54,164 nt of DNA from a virus. A program made the position numbers and the translations under genes. The notes under the pieces are model-generated. The model was not told the DNA's origin. It ran no database searches and saw nothing but the letters and a program-made list of their open reading frames with translations. Of this stretch, positions 35,277 to 43,352 are shown in pieces. Location: positions 1 through 54,164 of IMG/VR virus record IMGVR_UViG_2829814883_000001. The stretch is one strand, 5' to 3'. Each line of letters starts with the position of its first letter. Position 1 is the stretch's first letter.

Positions 35277-37109
35277 TTAATCATGGGGGTTCCGGGGCGC
35301 GTCGTGGCGCGTGTCGGGTCGGTCGGGAACGCTATGGAGAGCAACATCCAGATAGAAGTTGCGCCCGCCGATCTCCTGCTTTCGGAATCGCTGTGCGAGG
35401 GTCTTGCCGAACTTCGTCTGTGTCCTGGCCCGCTTGGCATTGGCCATCGACCAGGAAACGTAACCCTCGTACAGGGCGCTAGCGGACTCCCGGTTGCCTT
35501 CGGCCTCCTTGACACAGGCCTTGATGAACTCGCCGACCGGGTCCATCTCCTCCCGGTATTCGGCTGTGTCGTTGCGCACGGCATCGGCGATCACCAGTCC
35601 ATGCTCGAGATAGTCGAGCGCGCCTTCGATCAGCCACCACAGGATGCCAGGGCCCTCCTCGCGGATGAATTCCCCCACGACCTCCTCGAAGTCGCGCCGC
35701 TCCTCCTCCGGGATGGTCTGGTCCCAATGCACGACCAACAGGCGGCGCCAGATGCCGTTGTCGGTACCGTCGATGGAGGGGAAGCCGTTGCCGCTCATAT
35801 GAGCCTTGGCGTAGTTCTGAAACTCGAAATACCCCTTGAAGAGCGTTCGCACCGGCACGGACTCGCCGCCCGTGAGGCGCTTGATCAAGTCCTCCTGCAG
35901 CGGGGCGTCACCCTTGACCTCAAGGATGCGGACCATCTTCTTGCCGTAGAGCCGCACGAGATCCGGCGATGCCGAACCGGCCGCGCGCTCCGACGCTCCG
36001 ACGATCGATTCACGGGGAAGGCCAACTGCAAGCCCCGGTCCGAGCAGTCGGGTGATCGTTTCCAGAAAAACCGATTTGCCGTTGGCCCCCAGGCCGTAGT
36101 GAAACATCAGGTACTGGGCGGGTATGCCGAGTAGCGCGAGAGCCGTGAATTGCTGAACCGTGCGCCGCTTGGCTGCATCCGGTAGCATCCGCTCAAGAAA
36201 GGCGCGCCACCGCTTCGCCTTGGCGTCCTTTTCGTATGCCACCGGAATGACGGCGGTGATCCAATCCTCGCGGCTATGCCCCTCGACCGCCACGCAACGC
36301 ACGTTCGTGAACCGCTCGACTTTCGGATCCGGGCATTCCTCGTCCCTCTCGCGCTCAAACTTCAGCGTGTGGGTGAGGGTCGCGACTTTGTAGCGATCCG
36401 GATTGAAGCTGTCCGGCGGCCGCCGCAGACGCGGGGCCAGGCATTCGAGGGCAGACTTCATCCGGCTGGCGTTCTTGGACGAAACGGCGAATTTACGCCG
36501 CGCCACCTTGCGCTTGTTCAGCTCGGCGCGTGCGTCCTCGGCAGCATCGACCAGCCGTTGCAGCCGTGCGGCGTCGGCCTTTTCGGCTTCGCCCCACGCG
36601 TCCTTATTCTTCTCGAGCCGGTGAAGGTCGGCCTTGGCATGATCGCCAACCTCTATCGCGCGCAGCTCGGCGGGCGTCGATTTCAGATGATCCGCTTCGA
36701 GGAGGATGCGGCTCCCGAGCTTTTGGACCGTCATCATGGCCCGCGCCGCGCCGCCAGCGATATCCCAATGGGTCCCTGCCCAGGCCATCCATGTTCCGGC
36801 AGCAACCTCGTCCTGGGCAAGGACCGCGAGGTCTTGGCCGAAATAGCGGATCATGCGGACCGCATTGTCCGTATCGGAATGATCGAGAGCCGCGCATTCC
36901 GCCACAATCTCCGCAAGCCTCGGCTCGCCAGATAGTTCAGCATCACCCGCCTCGTCGAAAGGTGGTTCCGGAGGATCGAAGTCGCTGTCCTCACCTCCGT
37001 CATCGTCCAGGCCAAAGGAACCGTCCTCCGGTCCAAGATCCTGACCGATATCAATCGGCGGAGCCGCGCCGACGGCATCGGCGATCTGCTGCAAAGGGCC
37101 GTTGCTCAC
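35277..37109 (-). CDS. D5/P4-family primase-helicase (SF3 NTPase, phage/plasmid primase C-terminal domain)
   Basis: Walker A GLGANGKS plus a C-terminal D5-type region. I prefer the GTG at 37109, preceded by GGAGG. The track start ATG 37148 lies inside the hicAB operator-like repeat. Confidence 0.8.
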   Translation of the reverse strand: MSNGPLQQIADAVGAAPPIDIGQDLGPEDGSFGLDDDGGEDSDFDPPEPPFDEAGDAELSGEPRLAEIVAECAALDHSDTDNAVRMIRYFGQDLAVLAQDEVAAGTWMAWAGTHWDIAGGAARAMMTVQKLGSRILLEADHLKSTPAELRAIEVGDHAKADLHRLEKNKDAWGEAEKADAARLQRLVDAAEDARAELNKRKVARRKFAVSSKNASRMKSALECLAPRLRRPPDSFNPDRYKVATLTHTLKFERERDEECPDPKVERFTNVRCVAVEGHSREDWITAVIPVAYEKDAKAKRWRAFLERMLPDAAKRRTVQQFTALALLGIPAQYLMFHYGLGANGKSVFLETITRLLGPGLAVGLPRESIVGASERAAGSASPDLVRLYGKKMVRILEVKGDAPLQEDLIKRLTGGESVPVRTLFKGYFEFQNYAKAHMSGNGFPSIDGTDNGIWRRLLVVHWDQTIPEEERRDFEEVVGEFIREEGPGILWWLIEGALDYLEHGLVIADAVRNDTAEYREEMDPVGEFIKACVKEAEGNRESASALYEGYVSWSMANAKRARTQTKFGKTLAQRFRKQEIGGRNFYLDVALHSVPDRPDTRHDAPRNPHD

Positions 37110-37129
37110 TGAAGCCTCCGCGAATTTTT

Positions 37130-37191
37130 TGCGCACATATAGGCGCATTTATGCTTGACAGGGGAACGGCTATGCGCATAAATAGGCGCAT
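37130..37191 (+). promoter_or_regulatory. hicAB promoter with a duplicated 19-bp palindromic operator
   Basis: TTGACA (37155-37160), 17-nt spacer, ATAAAT (37178-37183). TGCGCACATATAGGCGCAT at 37130-37148 and TGCGCATAAATAGGCGCAT at 37173-37191; the second copy covers the -10 element. Confidence 0.6.
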
Positions 37192-37207
37192 AGAGAGGAA
37201 CGAAGCG

Positions 37208-37402
37208 ATGCCGACCGTTGAAACCAACCGCGCCAAGATCATCCGCCGCCTGGAGCAAGACGGCTGGACCCTGGCCCGCCACGGCAGCGAGCACGACCTC
37301 TACAAGAACCCCGGCAAGCCTGGGGTGATCACGGTGCCCCGGCACCGCACCGTGTCGCCGGGCGTTGCCCGGTCCATCGCCAAGGCAGCGGGCTGGATCT
37401 GA
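37208..37402 (+). CDS. hicA: HicA-family mRNA interferase toxin
   Basis: 64 aa. KIIRRLEQDGW.L.R..GSH......PG....ITVP.H is the classic HicA/YcfA pattern. RBS GAGAGGAA. Confidence 0.85.
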   Translation: MPTVETNRAKIIRRLEQDGWTLARHGSEHDLYKNPGKPGVITVPRHRTVSPGVARSIAKAAGWI

Positions 37403-37450
37403 ACCAGCCCGAAGCCGCCCAACCCCGTCACCTGAAGAAAGAGAACGACA

Positions 37451-37861
37451 ATGGCCCGCTACGCAGCTCTCATCGACGGCACCACCGGCGCCTACGGTGT
37501 CATCGTTCCCGATATGCCCGGCTGCACCGCCATGGGCAAAACCATCGAGGAGGCCCTCTTCAATGCGGCCGCCGCCATGCGCGACTGGGCAGAGGAGATG
37601 GAAGCCATGGGCGAGACCGTGCCTGCCCCCCGCCGCTTCGAGGACATCCGCCTCGTCGACGACATCCGCCAGGCCCTCGCCGAAGGCGCGCAGCTCGCCA
37701 GCATCGCCCTGATCCGGGCGACCGGCCGCCCGGCCAAGGCGAACCTCTCCATCGACGCCGGAATCCTCGCCGCCATCGACGAGGAGGCCAAGCGCCAGGG
37801 CCTGACCCGCTCCGCCTTCATCGAGCTGATCGCAAAGCGCCACATCTCCGAGGCGGCCTGA
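37451..37861 (+). CDS. hicB: HicB-family antitoxin with a C-terminal RHH domain
   Basis: 136 aa. YA.LI......YGV.VPD.PGC.AMG.T.EEAL is the HicB fold pattern. The C-terminus (NLSIDAGILAAIDEEAKRQGLTRSAFIELI) is RHH. Confidence 0.85.
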   Translation: MARYAALIDGTTGAYGVIVPDMPGCTAMGKTIEEALFNAAAAMRDWAEEMEAMGETVPAPRRFEDIRLVDDIRQALAEGAQLASIALIRATGRPAKANLSIDAGILAAIDEEAKRQGLTRSAFIELIAKRHISEAA

Positions 37862-37869
37862 CGCACGGC

Positions 37870-39129
37870 TCATGACGCGGCTCCTGCGAAGAGCGGCAGT
37901 GGCTCGCGCGCCTGCGGACGAAGCGCCGCGCGCGAATCCGGCCCCATGCGCAAAGCCGCAATGCGACGCTCGGCCATGGCGGCATAATCCGGATTGAGCT
38001 CGATCAGGGTGCAATCGAGTCCGAGCGCCTCGGCCACGACTCCAACCGTGCCAGCTCCACCGAAGGGATCGAGCACCGCGCCGCCCGGCGGGCATCCCGC
38101 TTTGAGGCATCGCTCTGCAAGCTCCGGCGGGAAGGTGGCGAAGTGAGCCTCCGGGAACGGCCGCGTCGCCATCTCCCACACGCCGATGGGCGCCGGCTCG
38201 TAATTGCGCAGGTGCCGCCCGTCATATTGCCTGCCGTGCCTCGCCTCGAAATCGGAAAGAGAATGCGGCCGCGCGTTCGGCGGGATCGCCCCGCCCTTCT
38301 CGTCCCGCGCGCGGCGGACGTTGCCCGTCGTTTTGCGCGGGCCCGGCGCGCCGCCCACGTATGATCCGCCGCGAAAACCGTTGGCATCCTCGTCCGAGCT
38401 GCGCCGCTGCCGCACGGCCTGCGGGTCGTAGAAATACCGCTCGCTCTTGGTGAGCATGAAAATTTTTTCATGCGCGCCTGCCGGCCGGTCGCGAACCGAT
38501 TCCGGCATCGGATTGATCTTGCCCCAGATGTTCTCCGCGCGGACCCACCAGCCATCCTCCTGCAAGGCAATGGCGAGCCGGTTCGGGATCATGCAGAGAT
38601 CCTTTGGCTTCAGCACGCCGCCGATGGTCGACATCGGCTTGTCGCGGAAAGTGCGGTCGTCGCTGCCGGTCGCCTTTTGCGCCGAAGCCGGGCGACCGTT
38701 CGGCGTCGTCGCATAGCAGTCGCCGTAATTGAGCCAGAGCGTTCCGCTGGGCTTGAGGACACGCCTCACCTCGCGAAACACATCCACCATCACGGCCAAG
38801 TGCTCAGCGAGGGTCGGTTCCATCCCAATCTGATGATCGGTCCAAACAGCGTCACACTTAGCGCAACAACCGCCCGTGAATTTCGTCATGTTGGCGTAGG
38901 ATGAGCCATTCTTGCCAGGGTTTCCCGGCCCCTTGACCGAGTTCGCCCAAGCCGTCCGAGTAGTATTGACGCGGACATGTGCGCAGTTTGGGTCACCTCC
39001 CTCCCAGCCCCCAGTGCCGTAGTCCCGCAGCCCCCAATAGGGCGGGCTGGTCACGACCGCGTCGAAGCTGTCAGCAGGAAGTTCGCGCAGCTTATCGCGC
39101 ACATCCCCAACCAGAATTTGCACGGTCAT
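37870..39129 (-). CDS. Beta-class N4/N6 DNA methyltransferase (SPPY motif), orphan
   Basis: ATG 39129 (MTVQILVGDVRDKLRELPADSFDAVVTSPPYW...). The C-terminal motif I is VLDPFGGAGTVG. There is a Cys-containing insertion (CAH...GGCCAKCD). Confidence 0.8.
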   Translation of the reverse strand: MTVQILVGDVRDKLRELPADSFDAVVTSPPYWGLRDYGTGGWEGGDPNCAHVRVNTTRTAWANSVKGPGNPGKNGSSYANMTKFTGGCCAKCDAVWTDHQIGMEPTLAEHLAVMVDVFREVRRVLKPSGTLWLNYGDCYATTPNGRPASAQKATGSDDRTFRDKPMSTIGGVLKPKDLCMIPNRLAIALQEDGWWVRAENIWGKINPMPESVRDRPAGAHEKIFMLTKSERYFYDPQAVRQRRSSDEDANGFRGGSYVGGAPGPRKTTGNVRRARDEKGGAIPPNARPHSLSDFEARHGRQYDGRHLRNYEPAPIGVWEMATRPFPEAHFATFPPELAERCLKAGCPPGGAVLDPFGGAGTVGVVAEALGLDCTLIELNPDYAAMAERRIAALRMGPDSRAALRPQAREPLPLFAGAAS

Positions 39130-40028
39130 GCCGCCGCTCCCGTCCGCCGCACCTTGGTCATGAACTTGTTGACCTCGACCAGATCGACGCCGATCCGCGC
39201 CAGCTTCGGCCGCATGATGCGGAAGTGCTCCTTCATGGCGCCCTCGCTCGGCCATCCGCCGAGGGCCTGAAGGCTCTTGTTGTCGTAGACACCGCCGTCC
39301 TGCAGCCGCTCCATCGTCAGGGCGAAGGGCGGCGACACCGGCAGCTCGCCGAGTGGCCCGTCGATGCGCTGCGCCTCGACATGCACGAGCATGATGATGT
39401 CCGGGTCCCAATCGGCGGGAGGCTCCGGCGGCGGGCTCACGGAAGGCGCGGGAGCCGCCTTCGGCAGGACACGCGGTGGTGGCGGCGCGCTGGGGAGGCG
39501 CAGGCGCGCAGGCGGCTCGGCAGGCACGGGCGCGGGCTTGCGTTCGGCGCGGGGCGCGGGGCGCTCCAGGGTGGCGGCCACGGCCGTGGCGAAATCCTCG
39601 TCCCGGTCATCCTTCGGAGCAGGCGGCGCTCCGGCCTGCCGCGCCACCGCGCGAGCAGCATCGCCCTCGACGACGCGCCGGTCCTTGGCCTTTCTGCCCA
39701 TGCTGAGATACGCGCCGACCGAAGAGGGCTTGATCCCCGTCTCTCGCGCGATCCCGGCCGGGTTCAGAAGGGTGGAAGCGTAGAGGCCGAGAACCCGGTC
39801 CTTCTGCGTCGGCTGTGCCGGGGAGGCCGGAACGCGCGGGTTTTCTTCTTCAGCGCCGATGACCACAGAGTCCATCGACAGGTTCCGCGCGAAGCGGGCG
39901 ATCCGGGCCTGCAACCCGGCAAGATCGGCCATGATGCCCGCCAGCTCGGACACCGCCCCGATGCTCACCGGAGGAGCTGCCGGCATCGCATTGCGCTGCT
40001 CAAGAATATGCTGATCGATGCTCTTCAT
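39126..40028 (-). CDS. Hypothetical protein with Pro/Ala-rich linker and a possible HTH
   Basis: 300 aa with ATGA overlaps on both sides. NPAGIARETGIKPSSVGAYL is HTH-like. Confidence 0.55.
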   Translation of the reverse strand: MKSIDQHILEQRNAMPAAPPVSIGAVSELAGIMADLAGLQARIARFARNLSMDSVVIGAEEENPRVPASPAQPTQKDRVLGLYASTLLNPAGIARETGIKPSSVGAYLSMGRKAKDRRVVEGDAARAVARQAGAPPAPKDDRDEDFATAVAATLERPAPRAERKPAPVPAEPPARLRLPSAPPPPRVLPKAAPAPSVSPPPEPPADWDPDIIMLVHVEAQRIDGPLGELPVSPPFALTMERLQDGGVYDNKSLQALGGWPSEGAMKEHFRIMRPKLARIGVDLVEVNKFMTKVRRTGAAA

Positions 40029-41209
40029 GCTGCAGCCCTCAGAAGCTTATTCCAGTCGCCACCGGCTGGCGACCAGACGACGCGCACGATGCGGCCCTTG
40101 CGTGCGTAGCGGCGCGCGGCCCGGCGCATGGCGAGGTCGGTGGTGAAGTGGTCGGAATCGCCGTCGCCGAGGAGGAAGAGCTCCTCCACGCTGTCCGGGA
40201 CCGGGATGGCGGGCTGCGTCAGGTCCGGCACGTCGCCAGGCACCTTCTGGGGCCCGAGGTCGCGCCCGTCCCGGCTCATGCGCCGATGGGTCGGATGCTC
40301 GACGGTGCCCCGATGCGGCCCACCCAGGTTGCCGAGGTTGAGCGCGGTCCAGAAGGCCGTGCGCGACAGATCCCAGCCGGCCGCCGTCAGCGCCCGGTGG
40401 ACGGTGAGAACCTCCTCGATTCCCTCCCCCAGCACGAGGACGCGCGGGTTCTCGCAGCGCACCAGCTCGATGCGCCCGCCCAGGGTGGAGCCGCGCATCT
40501 TCTTCGCCGCCTCGACCTCGCCGGTCTTAGGATCGACGACGCGGGCCTTGCCCTCCGGATCGGTGAGGTCGATCCAGGTCAGATGCAGCCCGACGAAGCG
40601 CTCCTCCGGCCCGACGATCGCCGCCATCATGGCAGGACCCGTATGGATGACGGTCGCCTCCTCGGCATGCGAGGCGTAGAGCTTCGCCTCCATCAGGCAG
40701 CGCACGGCTGCGCGCGGCGGCAGCACCACCTGGCGCATGGCGAGATAGGCCTCGACCGGCGTTCCCTCGACCGGCACCCCGGCCTTCCACATGTCATAGA
40801 GCCGCTTGCGCTCCTGCTCGCGGAACCAGCGCGACCGGCGCTCCTGCTTCTCGGCATCCGCGCGCCGCTCCTCGGCCTTGCGGGCGAGTTCAGCATGATC
40901 GATGGTCGATTCCCCCTGCGGCGGCGGACGCCCGGTCAGCCGCTCGCAGGCTCCGAGAAAATCGACCCCGTCGAGATATTGCACGAGGGCGATCACATCC
41001 CCGCCCTGCCCCGAGCCCCTGCAATGGAAGATGGCCTTGACGGTGTTGACGCTGAAGCGGTCGCGCCCGCCGCAGGCCGGGCATGGCCCGACCTTCTCGC
41101 GCCCGCCCTTCAGCCGCGCGCCGCGCTCGAGCGCGGCTTGCAGGATCGGCACGGACTTGGCGTCGTGCACCCAATCCTCGAAGGCCAGATCGCGCTTCCC
41201 CCGGGGCAT
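40025..41209 (-). CDS. DNA primase (CHC2/P4-alpha-type zinc finger plus Toprim-like domain)
   Basis: ATG 41209. CPACGGRDRFSV...FHCRGSGQGGDVI is the zinc-ribbon pattern. The C-terminal region (LVLGEGIEEVLT...LLGDGDSD) is Toprim-like. Confidence 0.75.
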   Translation of the reverse strand: MPRGKRDLAFEDWVHDAKSVPILQAALERGARLKGGREKVGPCPACGGRDRFSVNTVKAIFHCRGSGQGGDVIALVQYLDGVDFLGACERLTGRPPPQGESTIDHAELARKAEERRADAEKQERRSRWFREQERKRLYDMWKAGVPVEGTPVEAYLAMRQVVLPPRAAVRCLMEAKLYASHAEEATVIHTGPAMMAAIVGPEERFVGLHLTWIDLTDPEGKARVVDPKTGEVEAAKKMRGSTLGGRIELVRCENPRVLVLGEGIEEVLTVHRALTAAGWDLSRTAFWTALNLGNLGGPHRGTVEHPTHRRMSRDGRDLGPQKVPGDVPDLTQPAIPVPDSVEELFLLGDGDSDHFTTDLAMRRAARRYARKGRIVRVVWSPAGGDWNKLLRAAA

Positions 41210-41213
41210 GGTT

Positions 41214-41714
41214 CTAGTCCTTACCTGCGATGATCTCGGACGCGAGCGCCCGGACCTCGCCGGCCACCCGCTCCACATCGGCGAATTCCACGTCGAGCTG
41301 CTTGGCCTCGTTGCGGCTGATCTCGCCGTCGAGAGCCACGTCGATCAGGGTCGCCAGCGCCTCGCCCTGCTCGCGGGCCGCATGGGCGGCCAGCTCGCCC
41401 AGCTTCGCCCGCCGTTTGGATTGCCCCTCCGTCAGAACGCTCAGGCCGTTCATGGCCGCCAGCGCGCGGGTAACGGGAGCCTGCCCGAGTTCGAGTTCCC
41501 ACGGCAGGTAGACATGCGGCGGGATCAGGTCCGGCGCTTCGAGCGATTCATAGTTCTGCCATTGCGATTTCGACACCGGAGACCGCGCCGCAATGTCCTC
41601 CAGCGTCAGGCCGGTGAGCCGCCGCAGCTCGCGGGCGGCGAGCTTCAGGCGGTTGCGCGCGGCATGGGTCAGGAGCAGCCGACCGGCTTCGTCAGGGGCG
41701 TAATAATCGGGCAC
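41214..41714 (-). CDS. HTH DNA-binding regulator (CII-like position), GTG start
   Basis: 166 aa. LTLEDIAARSPVSKSQWQNYE is an XRE-type HTH. It lies downstream of the cro-like gene. Confidence 0.55.
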   Translation of the reverse strand: MPDYYAPDEAGRLLLTHAARNRLKLAARELRRLTGLTLEDIAARSPVSKSQWQNYESLEAPDLIPPHVYLPWELELGQAPVTRALAAMNGLSVLTEGQSKRRAKLGELAAHAAREQGEALATLIDVALDGEISRNEAKQLDVEFADVERVAGEVRALASEIIAGKD

Positions 41715-41893
41715 TGGAAAAGACTCCTGTTTTTCCAGATGACGGGAAGATCGGGCTGGGAGAGGCTCGGGCGTCTCAGATCACGGAGGATCGACGCCAT
41801 GACGGACAGCACCCTCACGAAGCCTCGCGAGCAGCGCCGCATCGAAGCGCAGGCACGCTTGCGAAAGGCGTTGGTGGAATTGGCGGTCGTCCA

Positions 41894-42160
41894 TCATGAC
41901 GCGACCTCGGAAGAAGAAGCCCCGCCGCCAGAGGCGGACGGGGAAGGTGCGCCGGTCGCGGGGGCATTTGCGTCCGGCAGGGCTGACAGGTCACGGGCGA
42001 GCGCGGCGGACTCGTCCGACGAGAGGCGCAGCCAATGATCGGCGCTGCCCAAGGTGATCACGAGAAGCCGGTCCTCGCCGACAGGCGTCACGGAAATGCG
42101 GAAGGGCAAGCCGGGCCCGCCTCCCTGTGCACCGAGATTGGCAATCGTTTCGCCGCTCAC
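41894..42160 (-). CDS. Hypothetical protein (88 aa, GTG start coupled to the cro-like stop)
   Basis: GTGA overlap with the stop of 42157-42438. GAGG lies 10 nt upstream. It competes with an antisense ORF at 41799-42038 that shares the same wobble positions. Confidence 0.4.
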   Translation of the reverse strand: MSGETIANLGAQGGGPGLPFRISVTPVGEDRLLVITLGSADHWLRLSSDESAALARDLSALPDANAPATGAPSPSASGGGASSSEVAS

Positions 42161-42438
42161 GATGACACCGCCTCTGCTTCGATCCCCCCGGCCTGGGGGG
42201 ACGGTCTCGGGCTTGGTGAAGAGTCCTCGGAAGGAGCGACCATACCCCACAGCCGCAAAGGGGCCAGTTTCCCAATCGAGCGCAGCGCCTCCATCAACAC
42301 GACGAAGGTCTCAGGTGGAAACTTACCGCTCTTTCGCCAGTTCGAGACCGCCTGCAAAGAGCGTCGCGTTAAGCGGGCAACCTTGGAGGTGCCCCCCAAG
42401 GCGTTGATGACGTCATCTGTCGTAAGAAGCGTGTCCAT
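42157..42438 (-). CDS. Cro-like / YdaS-family HTH regulator
   Basis: 93 aa. DDVINALGGTSKVARLTRRSLQAVSNWRKSGKFP is the typical Cro/YdaS HTH. It is divergent from the repressor-like gene. Confidence 0.7.
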   Translation of the reverse strand: MDTLLTTDDVINALGGTSKVARLTRRSLQAVSNWRKSGKFPPETFVVLMEALRSIGKLAPLRLWGMVAPSEDSSPSPRPSPQAGGIEAEAVSS

Positions 42439-42526
42439 ATGGAGCTAAATATACATGCTCCGTGTATTTGTCAAACCAGAGTACACGTTGATGGAACAAA
42501 TCCACACTCTCTGGAAAAATCGGGCC
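42439..42526. promoter_or_regulatory. Divergent immunity control region with operator-like sites
   Basis: Imperfect inverted repeat AAATATACATG-CTC-CGTGTATTT (42447-42469) and GTACACG (42481-42487). It is AT-richer than its surroundings. Confidence 0.5.
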
Positions 42527-42823
42527 ATGGCTAAACAACCCATTCGACCCGACAGCAAAGAGGCTATCGCGGAGCGGCTGACGCTCACACGCGAGGCCAT
42601 GGGAATGAAACAGGCCGACTTTTGTCGCCTTGTCGGGATAACGCCGCAGGCATGGAACAACTACGAGGAGGCTGTGAACCGCATCTCTATCGATGCGGCC
42701 CTTAAAGTTGTTCAAGCAACAGGCATATCCCTCGATTGGATATATCGAGGCTACGAAGCACTGCTGCCGCAGCACATAGCCCAAGAAATACGACGCATCA
42801 GAGACTTGCGCTCTGAGCAATAG
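42527..42823 (+). CDS. XRE-family repressor (CI-like), HTH domain only, no S24 peptidase domain
   Basis: LTLTREAMGMKQADFCRLVGITPQAWNNYE is an XRE HTH. I prefer the start at 42527, which leaves an 88-bp control region. The track ORF starts at 42455 and another ATG lies at 42491. Confidence 0.7.
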   Translation: MAKQPIRPDSKEAIAERLTLTREAMGMKQADFCRLVGITPQAWNNYEEAVNRISIDAALKVVQATGISLDWIYRGYEALLPQHIAQEIRRIRDLRSEQ

Positions 42824-43013
42824 GCTGAGCCTGGCCCGCACGATCCACCGCTGCCGAAGGCAAGCCCCGCAGAAATTTCGTCGCAAGCTCCCGCGAGTAA
42901 TCGAGAACCTTGATCGCATCCAGCTCACTCTCAGGGAGCTGGATTGCGATTTGCAACGCCTGCCTTCTTAGCCACAAATCCTTATCCAAGTCCTCGTCAC
43001 GCTTACGTTCCAT
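42798..43013 (-). CDS. Small hypothetical protein (71 aa) downstream of a LexA-box promoter; candidate SOS-induced antirepressor
   Basis: ATG 43013 is preceded by GGGAG. It converges on and overlaps the repressor 3' end by 26 nt. Lower-GC codon usage. Confidence 0.5.
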   Translation of the reverse strand: MERKRDEDLDKDLWLRRQALQIAIQLPESELDAIKVLDYSRELATKFLRGLPSAAVDRAGQAQPIAQSASL

Positions 43014-43060
43014 TGCATCTGCTCCCTACTTATGTCCGCCCATTTGACGGCATTAAATGA

Positions 43061-43075
43061 GAACATATAGAGAAC
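43061..43075. promoter_or_regulatory. Alphaproteobacterial-type LexA (SOS) box GAAC-N7-GAAC
   Basis: gaacatatagagaac read directly (minus strand GTTCTCTATATGTTC). It lies 48-62 nt upstream of the 42798-43013 start, next to a minus-strand TTTAAT -10 candidate (43052-43057). It also overlaps a + strand TTGACG-N16-TATAGA candidate (43044-43071). Confidence 0.5.
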
Positions 43076-43143
43076 TTACGCACAAGCCGAGTCTTAAAGA
43101 TTCGTTTCCGCGTATATCCGTCCAGTGGATTAGTGTGGATATC

Positions 43144-43197
43144 AATATACACGCCGCATGAATTTTTCTCTTGCATTATAAATGTAGCGTGTATATT
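43144..43197. promoter_or_regulatory. Perfect 11-bp inverted repeat AATATACACGC ... GCGTGTATATT bracketing a promoter-like AT-rich spacer
   Basis: Arms at 43144-43154 and 43187-43197 with a 32-bp spacer containing TTGCAT (43171-43176). TATATT (43192-43197) lies within the right arm. Confidence 0.5.
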
Positions 43198-43226
43198 CCT
43201 TCTCATCCAATCACGGATGAGCCGTC

Positions 43227-43352
43227 ATGCCCTTCCATCCCTTCCGCTTCCCGCGACGCTTCGACCGAACCTGTTACGCCCTCGCATGGGGCAGCCCATG
43301 CCTCGGCCTCGGCATTGTCCTTCTGCCCATGCTCGCGCGAGGCCTGTCATGA
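43227..43352 (+). CDS. Possible 41-aa membrane peptide, first gene of the + strand operon
   Basis: Not in the track (under 60 aa). About 76 percent GC3 by hand count. Hydrophobic C-terminus ALAWGSPCLGLGIVLLPMLARGL. Its stop forms an ATGA overlap with the ATG at 43349. Confidence 0.3.
   Translation: MPFHPFRFPRRFDRTCYALAWGSPCLGLGIVLLPMLARGLS

Noticed and set aside
1531-39129. Restriction endonuclease partners for the two methyltransferases (complete R-M systems)
   Set aside because: The neighbouring ORFs are lysis, TA or replication genes, and I recognised no nuclease motif (PD-(D/E)xK, HNH) beside either methyltransferase. This is not excluded for the hypothetical proteins without a search.
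42455-42526. Longer N-terminus of the repressor starting at 42455 or 42491
   Set aside because: Using 42455 leaves only 16 bp between the divergent start codons and buries the operator-like repeats in coding sequence. The 42527 start gives a typical XRE N-terminus. The upstream starts remain possible.
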